From Azolla caroliniana (lineage: Eukaryota > Plantae > Polypodiophyta), in the NCBI GenBank assembly GCA_043228905.1, contig JBHGNT010000001.1, positions 8,990,001 through 9,054,000 of the forward strand: DNA of 64,000 nucleotides, read 5' to 3'. Both the position numbers and the translations under genes were made by a program. Each line of letters begins with the position of its first letter. The first letter of the stretch is position 1. This document shows, one piece after another, positions 1-17,500 of the stretch. Under the pieces are notes generated by a model. That model searched no databases. It was not told the DNA's origin and saw only the letters and a list, made by a program, of their open reading frames with translations.

Positions 1-984
1 TATCGCCATCAATGTAACTTTTTGAGTGCGTAGCATTGGTTAGTACTAGTATATGTAACATTGTTTTCAATACAAATTATGACATCAATCACAATATTAA
101 TCACAATGCTCATTACCTCACTAATCACAATGCAATGACCACAATCAACAAAATTCACAATGCTAATTAGCGTTGCGATTACTACATCCCTTCATATGAA
201 CGATAAATTTTACGAAGAAATTGATCATGGAGAATAATTGAACATGATTGTAAGCATGTGTGCTAGAACTACGTATTGACGTAGGGCACACATTATATTT
301 TTCAAAAAATTGAGAATTGGACCAACATATTTCCCATACCTCTCATCAAAGGGTAGTATTGTTATTTATGATAGAGTTTATCTTCTCTCACCCTCTTAAT
401 TAATTATCCATAAGACACTTGTTTGAAAATGTATTTCACGTCCATGTTGAATCAATTTGTTTATGGCGAGATTTGTTTGAAATTTTATGCAATATGTGTT
501 TGGGAATTTGTAGCAAATCTATACGCGAGGTTGATGTGATCCATCAAAGTCATCCACTTCCATGTGGGGAATAGTCGAGTGGGCAAACGTTTGTATCACT
601 AAGGATGAATAAACCTTTTAGAGGCTTACAAAGAAACTTATTTCAACCCTTTTAAGCCTCACAACTCTTAGACACAAGATGGACAACGAGTGCTGAAAAA
701 AACATAGCTACGTCAACATAAAATGACATCTTAATAGCAAGAGGTCATCGACAACAATGCCATGACTATCAACAATACTAGATAAGAACAAAGAACATGG
801 AATTCTACCGCGCACATAGACAACGCCAACGAGCGTATTAAGTAAGTTTAGAAACATTTGTGAACCACAACTTGCGCAAAGGCTATACGGTTCACTTGTT
901 ATTGATATGTTGACAATCCATGAGAGCGAAGGCCAAAGTTTCGGCTTCGGCCTGAGTTTCCTTGTGGTCGACGACTTTGTTGAG

Positions 985-1135
985 AGAGAGGCCAAGAGGT
1001 CATGGGTTCAACCCCTACATTCTAGATTGGGAACTAATAAATTAAGAGATATAACGCGAGAAATTAGGGTTTTGAACCCAAGACATAGCGTTGGTAGTAG
1101 GTACATACTATAACGACTTACCACTAGGGTAAGCT
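985..1135. repeat. Dispersed repeat (TE remnant); inverted partner at ~8160-8400
   Basis: Blocks gttcaacccc.acattcta, gaacccaagacata and acttaccacta occur in the same order in the reverse complement of 8160-8400. Confidence 0.55.
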
Positions 1136-1358
1136 AAAGAGAGAAAAAGAGAAACTTTGAATAAGAGATAGTGGAGGGAAGTTGGAACTCTTTCTTTTCC
1201 TGTTTTTACTCCTCTTCTATGTACTGTTATACAAAAAATTGCTTTACAAAAAAAGGGGTTCCCAATTTCAAAGGAAGAAGAGCACTCAAATTTGAAATGA
1301 ACATTTGATGATCTCTCAATACACGCATAAAAAAGAGGCCTCCCAGAAGCTCCAAATG

Positions 1359-1399
<41 letters not shown>

Positions 1400-1574
1400 G
1401 TATGTATGAATGTATCTAGATATAGAAAATCCATTAGTATTACTACCTATTTTAGCCCCCTCTCATCCCCGTTTAGGTAAGCCTGTTCGGAAATAACATT
1501 CACAAAAACTCACTTACCCTTTTGGGAAACTGCACATTTCCAGCTTCCAGCCCCCGCCCATTCCGTTACGCGCC

Positions 1575-1649
1575 GTCGCCATCGCCATCGCCATCGCCAT
1601 CGCCATCGCCATCGCCATCGCCATCGCCATCGCCATCGCCATCGCCATC
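1575..1649 (+). repeat. (ATCGCC)11-12 hexanucleotide microsatellite in or near the 5' leader of the MyoB-like gene
   Basis: 11 perfect ATCGCC units at 1581-1646, plus a variant unit gtcgcc. Confidence 0.95.
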
Positions 1650-2334
1650 ATTCTGCTACCATCCGAGATCTCCCTGCTTCTTCTTGCCATCTCCTCATCT
1701 CTCTCATTCTTCTGCAATCAGATGCCTGCTTCTTCTTCTTCTTCTTCCTCTTCACAGATCAATGCAAAGCTCGTCTGATCATCCAATCCTCATTCATCAT
1801 GATTGGACCTCACGTCTTCTTCTTCATCACTGATCACCAGACGCTTCTCTCTCCGTTGCTAGTCATTCCTCTCTCTTTCTGAGCTCCAATACCCGTCCTT
1901 TTTGTTCTTCTTCACAGATTAATAGAAGCTTCTCTGAGCAGTGCTACTAACTCTTCAGTCTCTTTCCGCATTCTGATCTCCATCATTCTTCGTCATCACA
2001 GATGAATGGAAGTTTCAATACTTCTAAAGATATGTCATTTTTCCTGACCATGGTCACCTGTTATACAATCTGAATTCTGAGTTCTGATCGTGCTCATTTT
2101 TCTACACATGTATGCATTTCTTTATTGAAGGTATTCGACATAGTTACTTACGACTGCACTGGATTAAAACAAGATGAAGAAGTCTGTAATCACGATATCA
2201 TAGACAGAACACCTTAACGACACTATAACATCAATTCTTCTAAAAGAGAATTATCAGCGTTTTCTTTTTCCAATTCTTCTCCTCAGGAAACATTAATAAC
2301 CACTAGCGGTGATCAATTGAGCGTGTATATACAT

Positions 2335-5300
2335 ATGGATTCCACCCGCAGAGGGTTAACAAAGCTTCCTTGCTCAGTTTCTCATGACACGAAGAAATTA
2401 TCACAACCTCACAATAGGCAAATCTTGTCAGATCAAACTCTGAAGGTTTTCAGGGATTCTGAAGAAATCAGCAGGCCAGGTACTTAATATATGACATTCA
2501 CACGGTTAAGATTTCCAGTGCAGGTTTAAAAGCTGTATTATATTTTAAGCATCCTAGCTTCCATGCTTTTAATTCTCTTAGTGCTTCGAAAGTTGTATCT
2601 GCAAGGATTACTAGAAGAAAAGTAATGCCAAATCTAGCTATTACGTTATTACAATGGTCCTCATGGGTTGAAAATGGAAAACCCGAGTATTGCTTTGTTA
2701 ATGGAAAACTGAAATCTGTCTCAATCTGCCTTTACCTGTAGAGAAAAGCCATAGACATAGCAAACTCTCTATTTTTTGTTCACCATCGGTATACTTTAGT
2801 TTTCGCGCATTATAATAAGATCCATGATGCTAATCTAACTAGTATTATAATAAATTCTGGAAAAACCTAGTTTTTCTGAAGTATAGTATTCTCTGAGTTT
2901 CTCATGGAGGTTGCTTTATGAACTATGATGAAATTGATGGCATACAATGGGATGTGAGTCAATTTTTTCACGATTCTCCGCTCTGTGATAAACTTACATT
3001 TTGTTTTACCTCCATAACTCTAGAAAAAGGCCCGGTGTCTATTTCTACTACCGTTTCCCCTATATCGGTCAGGTCGTGCTACCTCAGTATTCTATTCATT
3101 AATGTTTCCATATTTTTATACCGGTATACTCTAACTGCACGGGGCATTACCTGAGTATTCCATTCAATAATATTTCGATATTTTTATAATAGTGTACAGT
3201 CATTTAACTGCACGGGGCATTACCTGAGTATTCCATTCAATAATATTCCATATTTTAATAATGATATACTTTGGCTAAAAATTACCATAACAACTCAAAA
3301 TGAAATGTTGATTTCGAGTAGCATTTCTCCCTTGAAATCATTCATCATTCTTGCTCATGCCATTCCCTCTTCAATATAACCTAAGCTAAAGGACAGAAAG
3401 ATTCATTACGATCAGTTATTGCTTGCAAAATGTAGGTTTAATGTCTTAATTCTGCGAGCTTACTTTATTAGGATACTGAGCGGTACTTAATTAGCAAACT
3501 TGAAACTTTTAATTCTAATTTTGTTTTTTAAATATTTCTCTGGTTTTAAATCCTATCTCTCAGTTTTGATTTTTACCACTGCATCCATTTTGATGATTTC
3601 GGTGATATTCAGGATGTTTAAGATCTTTTCATCCTTTGCGCTGGCACTATTTTTCTCTCTGGTTTGAAGCCCTTATTCTCTGAATTTTGTTTGATGTTGA
3701 AGAGATGGTAATGAAATTAATAGCATCAAACACACTCAATCTTTTATTCTGTTCTCTGATAAAAGTTTGCTATGGTTACAAGTATGTCTCTGGCTGTATG
3801 GTGTATTATCTCTGAATTTGTTTTGGATGTTTCAGAGAATCCTAAGAGTACTGCTGTGGATTGGAAGCTGCAAATAATTCCTGAGAATTGTCAAAGGGAA
3901 AGTAAAAGCAGATCTAGGCCAAGCCTGAAGGATAATACAAACATTAATCTAAAATCTCATAGGCAGAAAAATGGCTTGAAAAATATAACTTGTAATATTT
4001 CTCACGAGAATTCCTGTAATGAAGTATTAACTTTGAAAGAGGCCATCCATGCTGAGAAGAAAACTCTTCAGAATCTTCAGAGAGATCTGGAGGAGGAAAG
4101 AAATGCTTCAAGCTCGGCTGCAAAAGAAGCTATGGCAATGATAGCTCGTCTTCAAGATGAGAAAGCTGCAGTTCTAATGGAAGCTCGTCAGTTCAAAAGG
4201 ATGGCCGACGAGAGAGAGCTTCATAATCATGAAGCTCTGTCTGTGTTAAAAGAGATGCTTCAGAAGAAAGAAGAGGAGGCTCTAGTCCTTGAAAATGAAT
4301 ATCTTATAACTTCTGGCACTAGACAACTATTGTTTCCAGATCAAAGCCAAGAACAAGATATACCACCAGTGCAGATTTATCAATCTGGCAATATGAAGTA
4401 TGAAGACAGATCAAGATCTCATGTAGACTGTGGACTCAGTAGTGCATACAACAGTTGTACGAGGAAGAATATGACAAGCTATAAGGGTTTTGTTCAAGGT
4501 GAGGAAGGACTTCTTGAAGAAAATACACAAGCTTACAATGAAATTGCGTTAAAAGATTCATTGAGCATGGAAACTGCAAAATCTTCAAAGAAATCTGACG
4601 ATCTGATCAGGTACAATTTCTCTATTAAAAGAAGAATAAATCATGCCAGGTCTGATTGTACGACTGATGATGTATCATGCGATGATGCTCTCTTCGGATC
4701 GTGCCATGTCACCCCATGTGGATTGGCCTCGGAAACGAATAGTTTCACTAGAAGGTAATTGTTTATAAAGCTTCATTTAAATCTTTTGAAAATGACGTCG
4801 CAAAGCATATCTGTATCGATAGTTTTGAAGGTTGTGATGGTTAAAACAATTCTCATAATGTATCAGTATAAATAGTACCCACAAAATTTCGAATTCCTGC
4901 ACCAATATTGGTTTTAAATTTGTAGGCCGTTAATCCTAAAACATCTCATACATTATTTGGAATTGTTTTAATCCTAATGTCACGGCTCATAACTTATTGG
5001 AAGGTTTTTAATTCTTGAAATCTCATGCATTAGATATAAGGGTAAAATCCATTAATAAATTGAAGGGTGAAAATAACGCAAGTGCAAATTTCACTAAATC
5101 TCGAGTTTCTCTCCAACGCTGTAGTTTTGTATCTCCTCCCAATCCTCGTAAAAGATCCATTGCGAGAGTAAATTCTGCAGAGTCTGATAACTATGGGGAG
5201 GAATTAGATGCGGCTCTTCATAATCGTTTGATCAGGCTAGAACAACAGTTCGAGAAATTTGAAATCAGTGAAGCCCTAAACGTAGATCAAGTCGATGAAG

Positions 5301-6836
5301 ATAACATGGCATCAGCGTATGAGCAGGGCTCCAGTTATGAAACAAAAAACAATGGCGAGAGTCGAATCAGAGGGCAATCACATAAGGCCGAGAACAATCG
5401 ACAAGGTGAGATGAAGAGCGTCATGATGAATGATCGACACAGGAAGGTATTTTCCTCTGCCATTTCAACCAGAGATTTTCGTGGAAATGCTACACATGAA
5501 AATAATACGATAGACAGTATGGACACACTAGCAACTTGCAATGTGATGCATGATGTGTATGAAGTTGACTATAGTCGTAGTAATCATAAATCTACAAGGC
5601 ATTACACTGTGATGGATGATAATATTAACGTAGGGAATCGATCTGGATGCTATGAAAAACCTGATCTTCCATCAGAATTGATCATATCTGATCCCATCCA
5701 AGAAACATCTCTCGCAACATTACCCCATCAGAACATCTCAGGTGCAAGGAATATGTATAACTCTGCTATTTTATCAACTGTATCTGAATTCAACCAGTTG
5801 ATATGTCGATTGCAAGCTCTTGAAAGCGAGAGACGAAGCACCACTGAGGCCATCTCAGTTCTGAGAAAGGAAAATGAAGAACTGAAATTGCTTCAAGAAA
5901 TCACGCGCCAATTGCAAGATCTTAAGGAAACTGTACAGATTGCCAGACTCCCAGAGAAGAAACCGTCAATCTTAACGTTCTTCAAGGTATCATCATAGGA
6001 ACTTTTTATGATAGTAAACACTGCTTGATCAGTTTCCAATTCGTAATCACTGAATACGACCGTATCTGAATCTAACGTCCATTTAGCAGGGGTTCAAATC
6101 AATCCGTCCGACTAGAGGTTCACAGAAAAGCAAGTAAGTATTTCAAGAACATGCATGTAGTGAATAGTGAGTGGTACATGTAACCAATATGAGTTCACTA
6201 GAACTAAAATATACTTCTTTTAAAAAATGGGCACCATTTGAAAGTGGGTATAGGCATATTCAAAAACGAAAAGGATGTGTGCATTTAAAATGGGTATACA
6301 CCTTATTCGATAGGAAGAGGTTTCTGAGTGTTATTGTAGTTACCTTCTAAATGTATATGGAATGAATTGCCGTATAACACGATGTTGAACTAGTATTGTG
6401 TAGTTTCGTTTATGAGCATGCATTATTTTGTAAGGTAGGACGTAATAAATAGATCGGTAACCATAACAGCTTAACAGAAGATGGTTTTAAATCCCCCTTT
6501 CCTTCACCAACTACTTTATATTGCAAGTGGGTATGGTAACACATTTAATAGGAAAAGAGTTGTTAAAATAGACCTCCAAATCATTTTATGTGGTCTATCG
6601 GCATATAATGGTGCTAGAGGTTCATAGATAGGCCGAGGCAATCTTTTCTACACAAGCTAAAGGTTTCTATTATCTAATCTTTCAGTGCGTCATTGACCAC
6701 CACACAAAATGGGCTTTCTTGTGTGCTTGAGAAGGCGTCTTCAGGCTTCCAGAGAGGCACTCGTTCTACTGTGTTGGTGAAAAGGTTGAAGATGAGGGAG
6801 GTGGAGATGGAGATGGATCATCACATAAGCAAGTAA
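2335..6836 (+). CDS. Myosin-binding (MyoB) / GTD-binding (zein-binding, DUF593) coiled-coil protein. Exons 2335-2479, 3836-4610 (or -4754), 5125-5986, 6090-6133, 6686-6836
   Basis: DUF593 signature LQRDLEEERNASSSAAKEAMAMIARLQDEKAAVLMEARQFKRMA; C-terminal coiled coil RLQALESERRS...LKLLQEITRQL and a GLSCVLEK tail. GT-AG junction phases (1,2,0,2) are consistent. Probable 5'UTR intron 2131-2286. Confidence 0.85.
3062..3270. repeat. Intronic ~70-73 bp tandem duplication (two near-identical copies plus one degenerate copy)
   Basis: taactgcacggggcattacctgagtattccattcaataatatt occurs at ~3132 and ~3205. Confidence 0.85.
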
Positions 6837-8159
6837 CCTTTACGGAGATCGGTTTTCCTCAAAAGGAATTAGCAAAGATGCTTGTCATCACACTTTCAAC
6901 CTATATACCAACGAGGGAGATGGATTCCTACTACCTAGACCAGTTAAAGTTACTCTTATCACATTAGTTGCTTGCTTCCAAGCAAAGAAGACTTCAAGAC
7001 AAAGTGGTTGTTGAGTCCAAAGTATTTATCTTGATTCTTAGTAAGTAGTTCTGATTCATTAGGGTTTTCCAAAAACATACAAATCTGTGTGAATTTGATA
7101 ACGTCCAAGTTTAGGTATTATTATTCAGGATGAAACGTATCCACGAGGAAATACATGCTTTTTTCTAGTTTTTTGAACATCCTTGTGTCTTTGCTCATTT
7201 CCTCATTTTAATGACTTTTATCGTTACTGCTTTTTGGTGATGACCACTTGTGCTCAATACTTTGTGCAAAAGTCACCACACAACTACCAAATATCTAATG
7301 AAACTACATGTTGGACAAAAACCAATGGTACGTTATGCCAGGGGGCCAACTCATCCTTAAACAACTGCTACACATCTAAAAAAACACTACCATTTCTCAC
7401 GAAGATATGAAGGAGATTGTTGCGTGAAAATTAGCCAGATAGGAGGCTATCGCTCAAACACATGCTATGACTCCAAAGGTTAATGGATTTTGCATCGTCA
7501 CAAAGACAAATTCAAAGTTGAACAACTCCCAAAATGTAGAATGTGGAAGAGAACCATTAAATGTGATTGAATAGAGGACACTAGTTTCAAAGTTGCCAAA
7601 AATCTAGTCATGAGGATGTGTGATTTCCTCAACCTAGTAACAATGACCCATACCGTCGATAGTGGAGATCATTTATAGTGGGCCAATGCTTTGAGAAATT
7701 GATAGCCTACCTTTGATAGCATTTGAAGGGAGTTTATTAAACCAACCTACCATGTCCATTTATACTTCTCTCTCCCTCGTCACATTTGAGTGTGCTTTTA
7801 CCATATTGTCAACCTAGACAACCCCATACACATTTTTTGTCTTGATCACAATGTTCACTGTCAATTGCACTTGAACTTCTAGAATCAATTTATCACATTA
7901 CATACACAGCGTAAAAATGTTTCCCCTAGGTCATATTTGGACATCAAGGACAAATAAAAGTTCTCTTTTTTGTTTGAAAACTTTGTCGGAAAGGCCACTC
8001 AAGAATTGGGAAACGTTTTTAAGACCCATTTAGGAGCCAGCAACTCTCTCTCACCTCTTTTATACATGATACATAATTAATTTATTAGATCTTCTCTCTC
8101 TTTCATTTCTCATTAGTTTACCCTAATGGTACATTGTAATTTATAATGACCTTTTGCTC

Positions 8160-8510
8160 ACCTTGCTTAGTGGTAAGTTGTTACACCACTAACTCTATAT
8201 AGGTTAAAGACTCAATTTTCTCTCCTCTCTATTACTCCATACATATCCTCTTAATTTACTAGATGCCACTGGTATGTCTTGGGTTCGAAACCCAAATTTT
8301 CTCATCTCTTTATTACTACATAAATATCGCGTAATTCATTAGATGCCACTATAGAATGTTGGGGTTGAACGTGGGCTCTCTCTCTCTAGTGTAAGTTGTT
8401 AGACTATTTGCACTATGTATTGGGTTCGACACAATTATCTCACCTCTATTACTCCATACATATCCTCTTAATTTACTAGATGCCACTGTGGAATATAGGG
8501 GCTCAACCCC
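8160..8510. repeat. Degenerate dispersed repeat with internal duplication (TE remnant)
   Basis: ctctattactccatacatatcctcttaatttactagatgccactg at ~8227 and ~8444; inverted similarity to 985-1135. Confidence 0.65.
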
Positions 8511-8778
8511 ACAACATGGTTTCAATCGAGCAACCTTCTCTTATAGTGTCATAAAATTGAGTATTAGTCAGTAAGCATATGGACATGTATGCCAATAGAG
8601 TTGTAGAGCTCCCTAAAAGAGAAGAATGGAACTCCCTAAGTAATCAATACTAAACAATTTTGCCACTCGAGCATTATGGCATGTGTTCATAGGTGGAGCA
8701 TTACAACAAAGTAGCTCACAAACACCCCAAATACTTAATTTCACATCAAAGAAAGTGTAAGCTAAATTGAATGGAAGC

Positions 8779-9102
8779 TAACAATCGGCAACGGTTCGGT
8801 TTGAACAGAACTAAACTACGAAACCGCGGCTTAACGATTTCAACAGTTTGGTTTGGTTTCAGCAGTCAGAAATCGCAATATGTTTTTAAACAATCTTTTC
8901 ATTTTTAGACCTTATTCTCAAATTTTAGAAACATCTTTAAAATTTTAAAATAATGAAATATTATAAAGATAAAAATTTTAAAATTTGACCTAAGTTGAAA
9001 ACCGAAACCGAACAACAAAACTAAGGTTTTAACAATTTGAAAAATGTTTAACGGTTTCATGGTTTGGTTCGGTTCAGGTTTCCGAACCGTTGCCGATTGT
9101 TA
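8779..9102. mobile_element. hAT-superfamily MITE (324 bp)
   Basis: Perfect 21-bp TIRs TAACAATCGGCAACGGTTCGG (8779-8799 and 9082-9102); exact 8-bp TSD ATGGAAGC (8771-8778, 9103-9110); subterminal AAACCG/CGGTTT motifs. Confidence 0.93.
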
Positions 9103-10229
9103 ATGGAAGCAACAATGTAGATTAAAGACAAGGACAATAAGACAATTTTGTAGTTTTGGTTTGTGTTATGGAAAGTAGTGTCATAAGAATATCGATCATA
9201 AGCGATAATGTATTTGAACATGTTTTTATCTTTATAATTATTTATTTCATTGAGACACATATGTTTTTACATACTTGAGAAGCCTTTGAGACTATCATTG
9301 TTGCATGGAGTGGAGATATAAGTGTGTTCAAGAATTTTTCTATCCTCATTCCAAGTTATCAAGAGATTTTACAACCTTACAGAAATCATGTTTGATATAC
9401 ACATGCTCTTCTTCCAACCTACATACTGCACAGGTAACACACCTCGCTCGCTTCAATGCGCAGGTTGGCCATTTCACACTTCCATGGCCTAGTCGAATCT
9501 ATGGTTTCTATCTGATCCAAAAATATTCAAGTTTATAACAAGAAATTCAACCCAACCCCCATTACACAAGGACGAAGAATAATGACATTATCAAACTTAT
9601 GGCAATATTAACAAAACCCAACCACAAGTCTTTAGTTTAGTTTTTACTCAACTCTGCTCAGTATACAAACGATACAAATACAAATACAAATGCAAGAGGA
9701 ATGGATCTTCCCCTCCCTCCCCGGCCCATGTGCTGCTAGCAAGCTTCGCTCACAAAACATATATGTAGACATTTCCGAGATTGGTGACTGTCAACATTGT
9801 TACTTAAGATATTTCCTTCTGTCTTTTGTGTAATTGACCAATTCATATACAGGTAGCGTCTTTGCTTCAAAATGTGCTTATGAATATTCCTTCAATTGCT
9901 GATTTGAGAACTTCAAACTTGAAGCTCCACCTTTTTCGTCGTCCTGCTTTAATACAACCTTATACAATGGTAAAGAAGTTTCACGTCTGGCTAAACTTGA
10001 TAGCCGATCTGATATATTCTGAACCTGTGTATTAACCAGCTCTTGTATTGTTTTTAATTCTGGTCAACGAATTCTGGTTTTGAGATTCTAACTTCAGTGC
10101 TTGGATCAACAAATTTCAATTTTTTCTCTTGAAACTACTTTGAAGATAAATCCTTGGACGATGAAACTCAATTCTCTTTATCATCAGAAATCTTCGATGC
10201 ATCCAACATGATACCTCTTTTCTACCAAA

Positions 10230-14237
<4,008 letters not shown>

Positions 14238-17200
14238 CTCAATAAAGCAGCAAAAATGTGTGGATCCAAGTAGAAATATCTGAAGCAGTCGATAAATAAA
14301 GTGAGAGCATCACCAGGATGTGCTCTCAATCCCGAGGGATTTGATCCAAAAGAATGGGATTAATGGAGAGATAAGATGATTAAGTGGATTTACGAACCAA
14401 AACCATGAGAATTCGTGATGAAGTATTGATGATGAATTGAGTGGTTAAGAACGGGTGTATGAATCAGAACAAACAGAGCAAAAAACAATGGGAATAAATA
14501 GACAAATAAGATAACAAAGAAGGTGATTTAGAAAAGATATATGAATCGCAAGGAAATACCTCAAATAAATCAAATTAATGGGAATTAATGGAGAGATAAA
14601 AAGAGAAAAAAAGGTGATTAAGAATCAGATAATGAATCAAAACGAGGAGATTTATTGGACAGAAAAAAGAGAGGATAGATGATGAAGAAACAAGAAGGAT
14701 TCAGATGAACGATAGATAAGATGAGAAAGAAGAATGCATAAATAGAACGGAATGAAACAAATCAAGAAGGGCAATTAAGCGATAATTAATATTTACAAGA
14801 TCCGATTAATGAAGCGCTCAAGAAGGGGAGTGAATATCAGAAAAATGAATCGGGTTAGAGAAAAACACGGCAAAAGATAAAAGAAAGCAACAAGCTAGCT
14901 ATGACAAGGAGGGGATATGGCAGATATCAAAAAATTATCAGAAAGACAGAAAGCAATGGAAATCGGGTGAGAGAATGAGAGAGATGAAGAAGAGATTTGG
15001 AAAGAAAGCTACTGGAAGGCGGAAAAGAATGAAGCTAACGTGAAAAAACAGAATGGTTTTGATGGTCTGTTCAATTAAGGCGGGTGATGAGGTGAGATCC
15101 CTCTCTGTGTGTTCGGTCATAAATATAATCGGAATGGTCTCACAATCTATTCCGATACTTTTTTATGTAAGACCTGGTTTTAATCAATATTTCCTTCATG
15201 AATGGGGCCCCTATCGCGATGGCGATGGGGAAAAACTTTAGAAAAAGAATTAAAGCTTTAGGTTTACCAGCCGTGAGCAATAGGCGATGGAGACAAATTT
15301 GTCAAAGCAAAAAAATGAAAGCTTTTAGTGAAAATAGATGGTAAGCGTTCTTTATGTTCACGTGTTCATCTTTTCTACACACGCAGAGAGAGAGAGAGAG
15401 AGAGAGAGAGACAATTCATAGTAATTGAAAAGAAAATGAGCTATAACTACCTGAGAAAGGTCTGCGATGGAGATGGAGATAACTGCGGAAAAGACGGAAA
15501 GCTCTACTGACGGATCTAAGAGTATTACATTCTTAACTCTTCTAATTTCAACTTCCTTTCACCATCCAGAGAACAAGCAATAGGAGTGGATAACTTAACA
15601 TAAGTGATCGAGAAAGATACTGCTATAGCGATGGTGATGGAGATGGGCATGGCCATGGCCATAATTAAACGCAGTTGAAAAGAAAAGAGAGTAGGAAGAC
15701 AGCGATGACGATGGGAAATTGGTCGGCAAAAGAGCGCTCAATAGAACAACAAAATCATACACAGAAAACATTCTACCTTCACTACGATTAAAATTCTCGA
15801 TCCCACCAAAAGCACTAATTGCATCGATAAGAACCCCGCCTCTCCAGCCACACCTATATCTCAGAGAACGGGAAAAGAAGAAACTAGATATGGAATCCCT
15901 TCTGAGGTTAATGACCCATGATCATGAGAACGATACAACAGATTGATCAACCAGATACGCAGATCTTTTCTTCTGATGATGATGATCATGAGACCGAGAA
16001 CACAGACCGATTCCTAATTCCTCAAAAGAATGAGAAAAAAGATCGATTCCTGATTCCTCATGAGAACTATATAAAGGTAGATTAACCAGTATGGAGAATC
16101 TCTAATTCTTGTCAGGACGAGACAAAATATTTCTCATGAGAACGAGAAAACGATTGAAACCAGATCTGCCATATCTTCTCAGAACGAGAAAATGCAAGGG
16201 GTCCAGTGACTCCAAGAAAAGCCATGGAACCTGAAAGTTATCTTAAAACCATTAATCCTTTGCAAGTTGATCAATGCTAAGACTTAATAGTGGATGCTAA
16301 TTTTTGTTTCTCGTCTGCTTGCATCACACTGACAGTGATACCGTAGCTCTGTAAAACATAAAACCTAGTTCTGCTGAACAGAAACAGCAGAGTCTCTTGC
16401 TCATTGTAACGGGCATTTATCGCTCTTAAGAGGAAAAAGAACCTGACCTTGACCTTGATCCAGAATGAAACGAATCTCTTCGACCGATCAATATTAAATC
16501 TTCATTTAGTTTCTGTTTGTCGAATCGGACTTGCAAGAAACCACTGTGCTCTCCATAAAACCATAAGAAAACCGCCATACTGTCCATAAAACCATAATTT
16601 TGCCATAGAAGCAATATGCTCACTTGCATGTTCAAAGTAGGCTCTGATTGCTCGCGAATTATCATTCATACTTCTGTCTGTTGCATCAGAATGGGAGGAA
16701 AACCATAACAATGTTGACAAAGTCCTAACCTCAATGCAGAAATGGGAGAATCGATTAGTGTAAGGGGCTAGTGGCTTGTAATTCTTCATTTTGTGTCGTT
16801 CTGTTGTATCGATTTGGGGATAAAACCCACAATTTTGGTGGACCTAGGATATGGAAGCAGCAGTATTTCTTCGCTCCCCTGCAAATGAATGCCAGTTTTT
16901 AACCGAGCGAGGTTTTTTTCCTAGTGTACATATTCATCAGCATGAAAACAAACGATATCTCTGCAGCGATGACAAGATTTCTTTGCTTTCTTTCCGTGAG
17001 GTTCGATGCTCCTAATAGACAGGGAAGAAGAAAAAACCCCAAATTTTCTTGCATCGAAAGACTTCATTTATTCGTTTCATGAGTGTTCATTTCTCTGTAG
17101 AATCATAAATGAGAAGGAAAGAAACGTAGTTCTGTCAAACGCCCTAATCTTTTCACTGCACAAATCTGCTCGTTATAGATCTGCACGTGGATGTTTGTTC

Positions 17201-17500
17201 CTCTTGAAATAAGACTGGTAAGAAAACCATAAGTCTGTCGAAACGCAAGGCCTATCAAAAAAAACCATAGAGCTGTCAAATCCCCACAGAGGTACGAAGG
17301 ACTCTAGGTTTAGTCGGAAAACCCTAATTCTGTCTAGAGGCATCAGCTATATCAAATACACTAACTTCTTCTTGCAGCAACAGAAGAAGAAGAAGAAGAA
17401 GAAGAGACATTGAATGAAGGAAACAAACGTAGCTCAACCAGAAATGGTGGGAAATCCATGTCTTCAGCCAGAATGTGGTTTGGATTTCTCTCCATTCATC
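14238..17500 (-). promoter_or_regulatory. Probable long, intron-containing 5' leader/promoter of WNK with upstream ATGs
   Basis: Candidate acceptors at 14280 (ttcag|at) and 16231 (ttcag|gttccatgg), candidate donor at ~15853, CT-rich sense strand, telo-box AAACCCTAA near 17329. TSS not determined. Confidence 0.4.

Noticed and set aside
1514-1833. ORFs with MAMAMA / SPSPSP runs
   Set aside because: Translations of the (ATCGCC)n microsatellite; the coherent spliced CDS starts at 2335.
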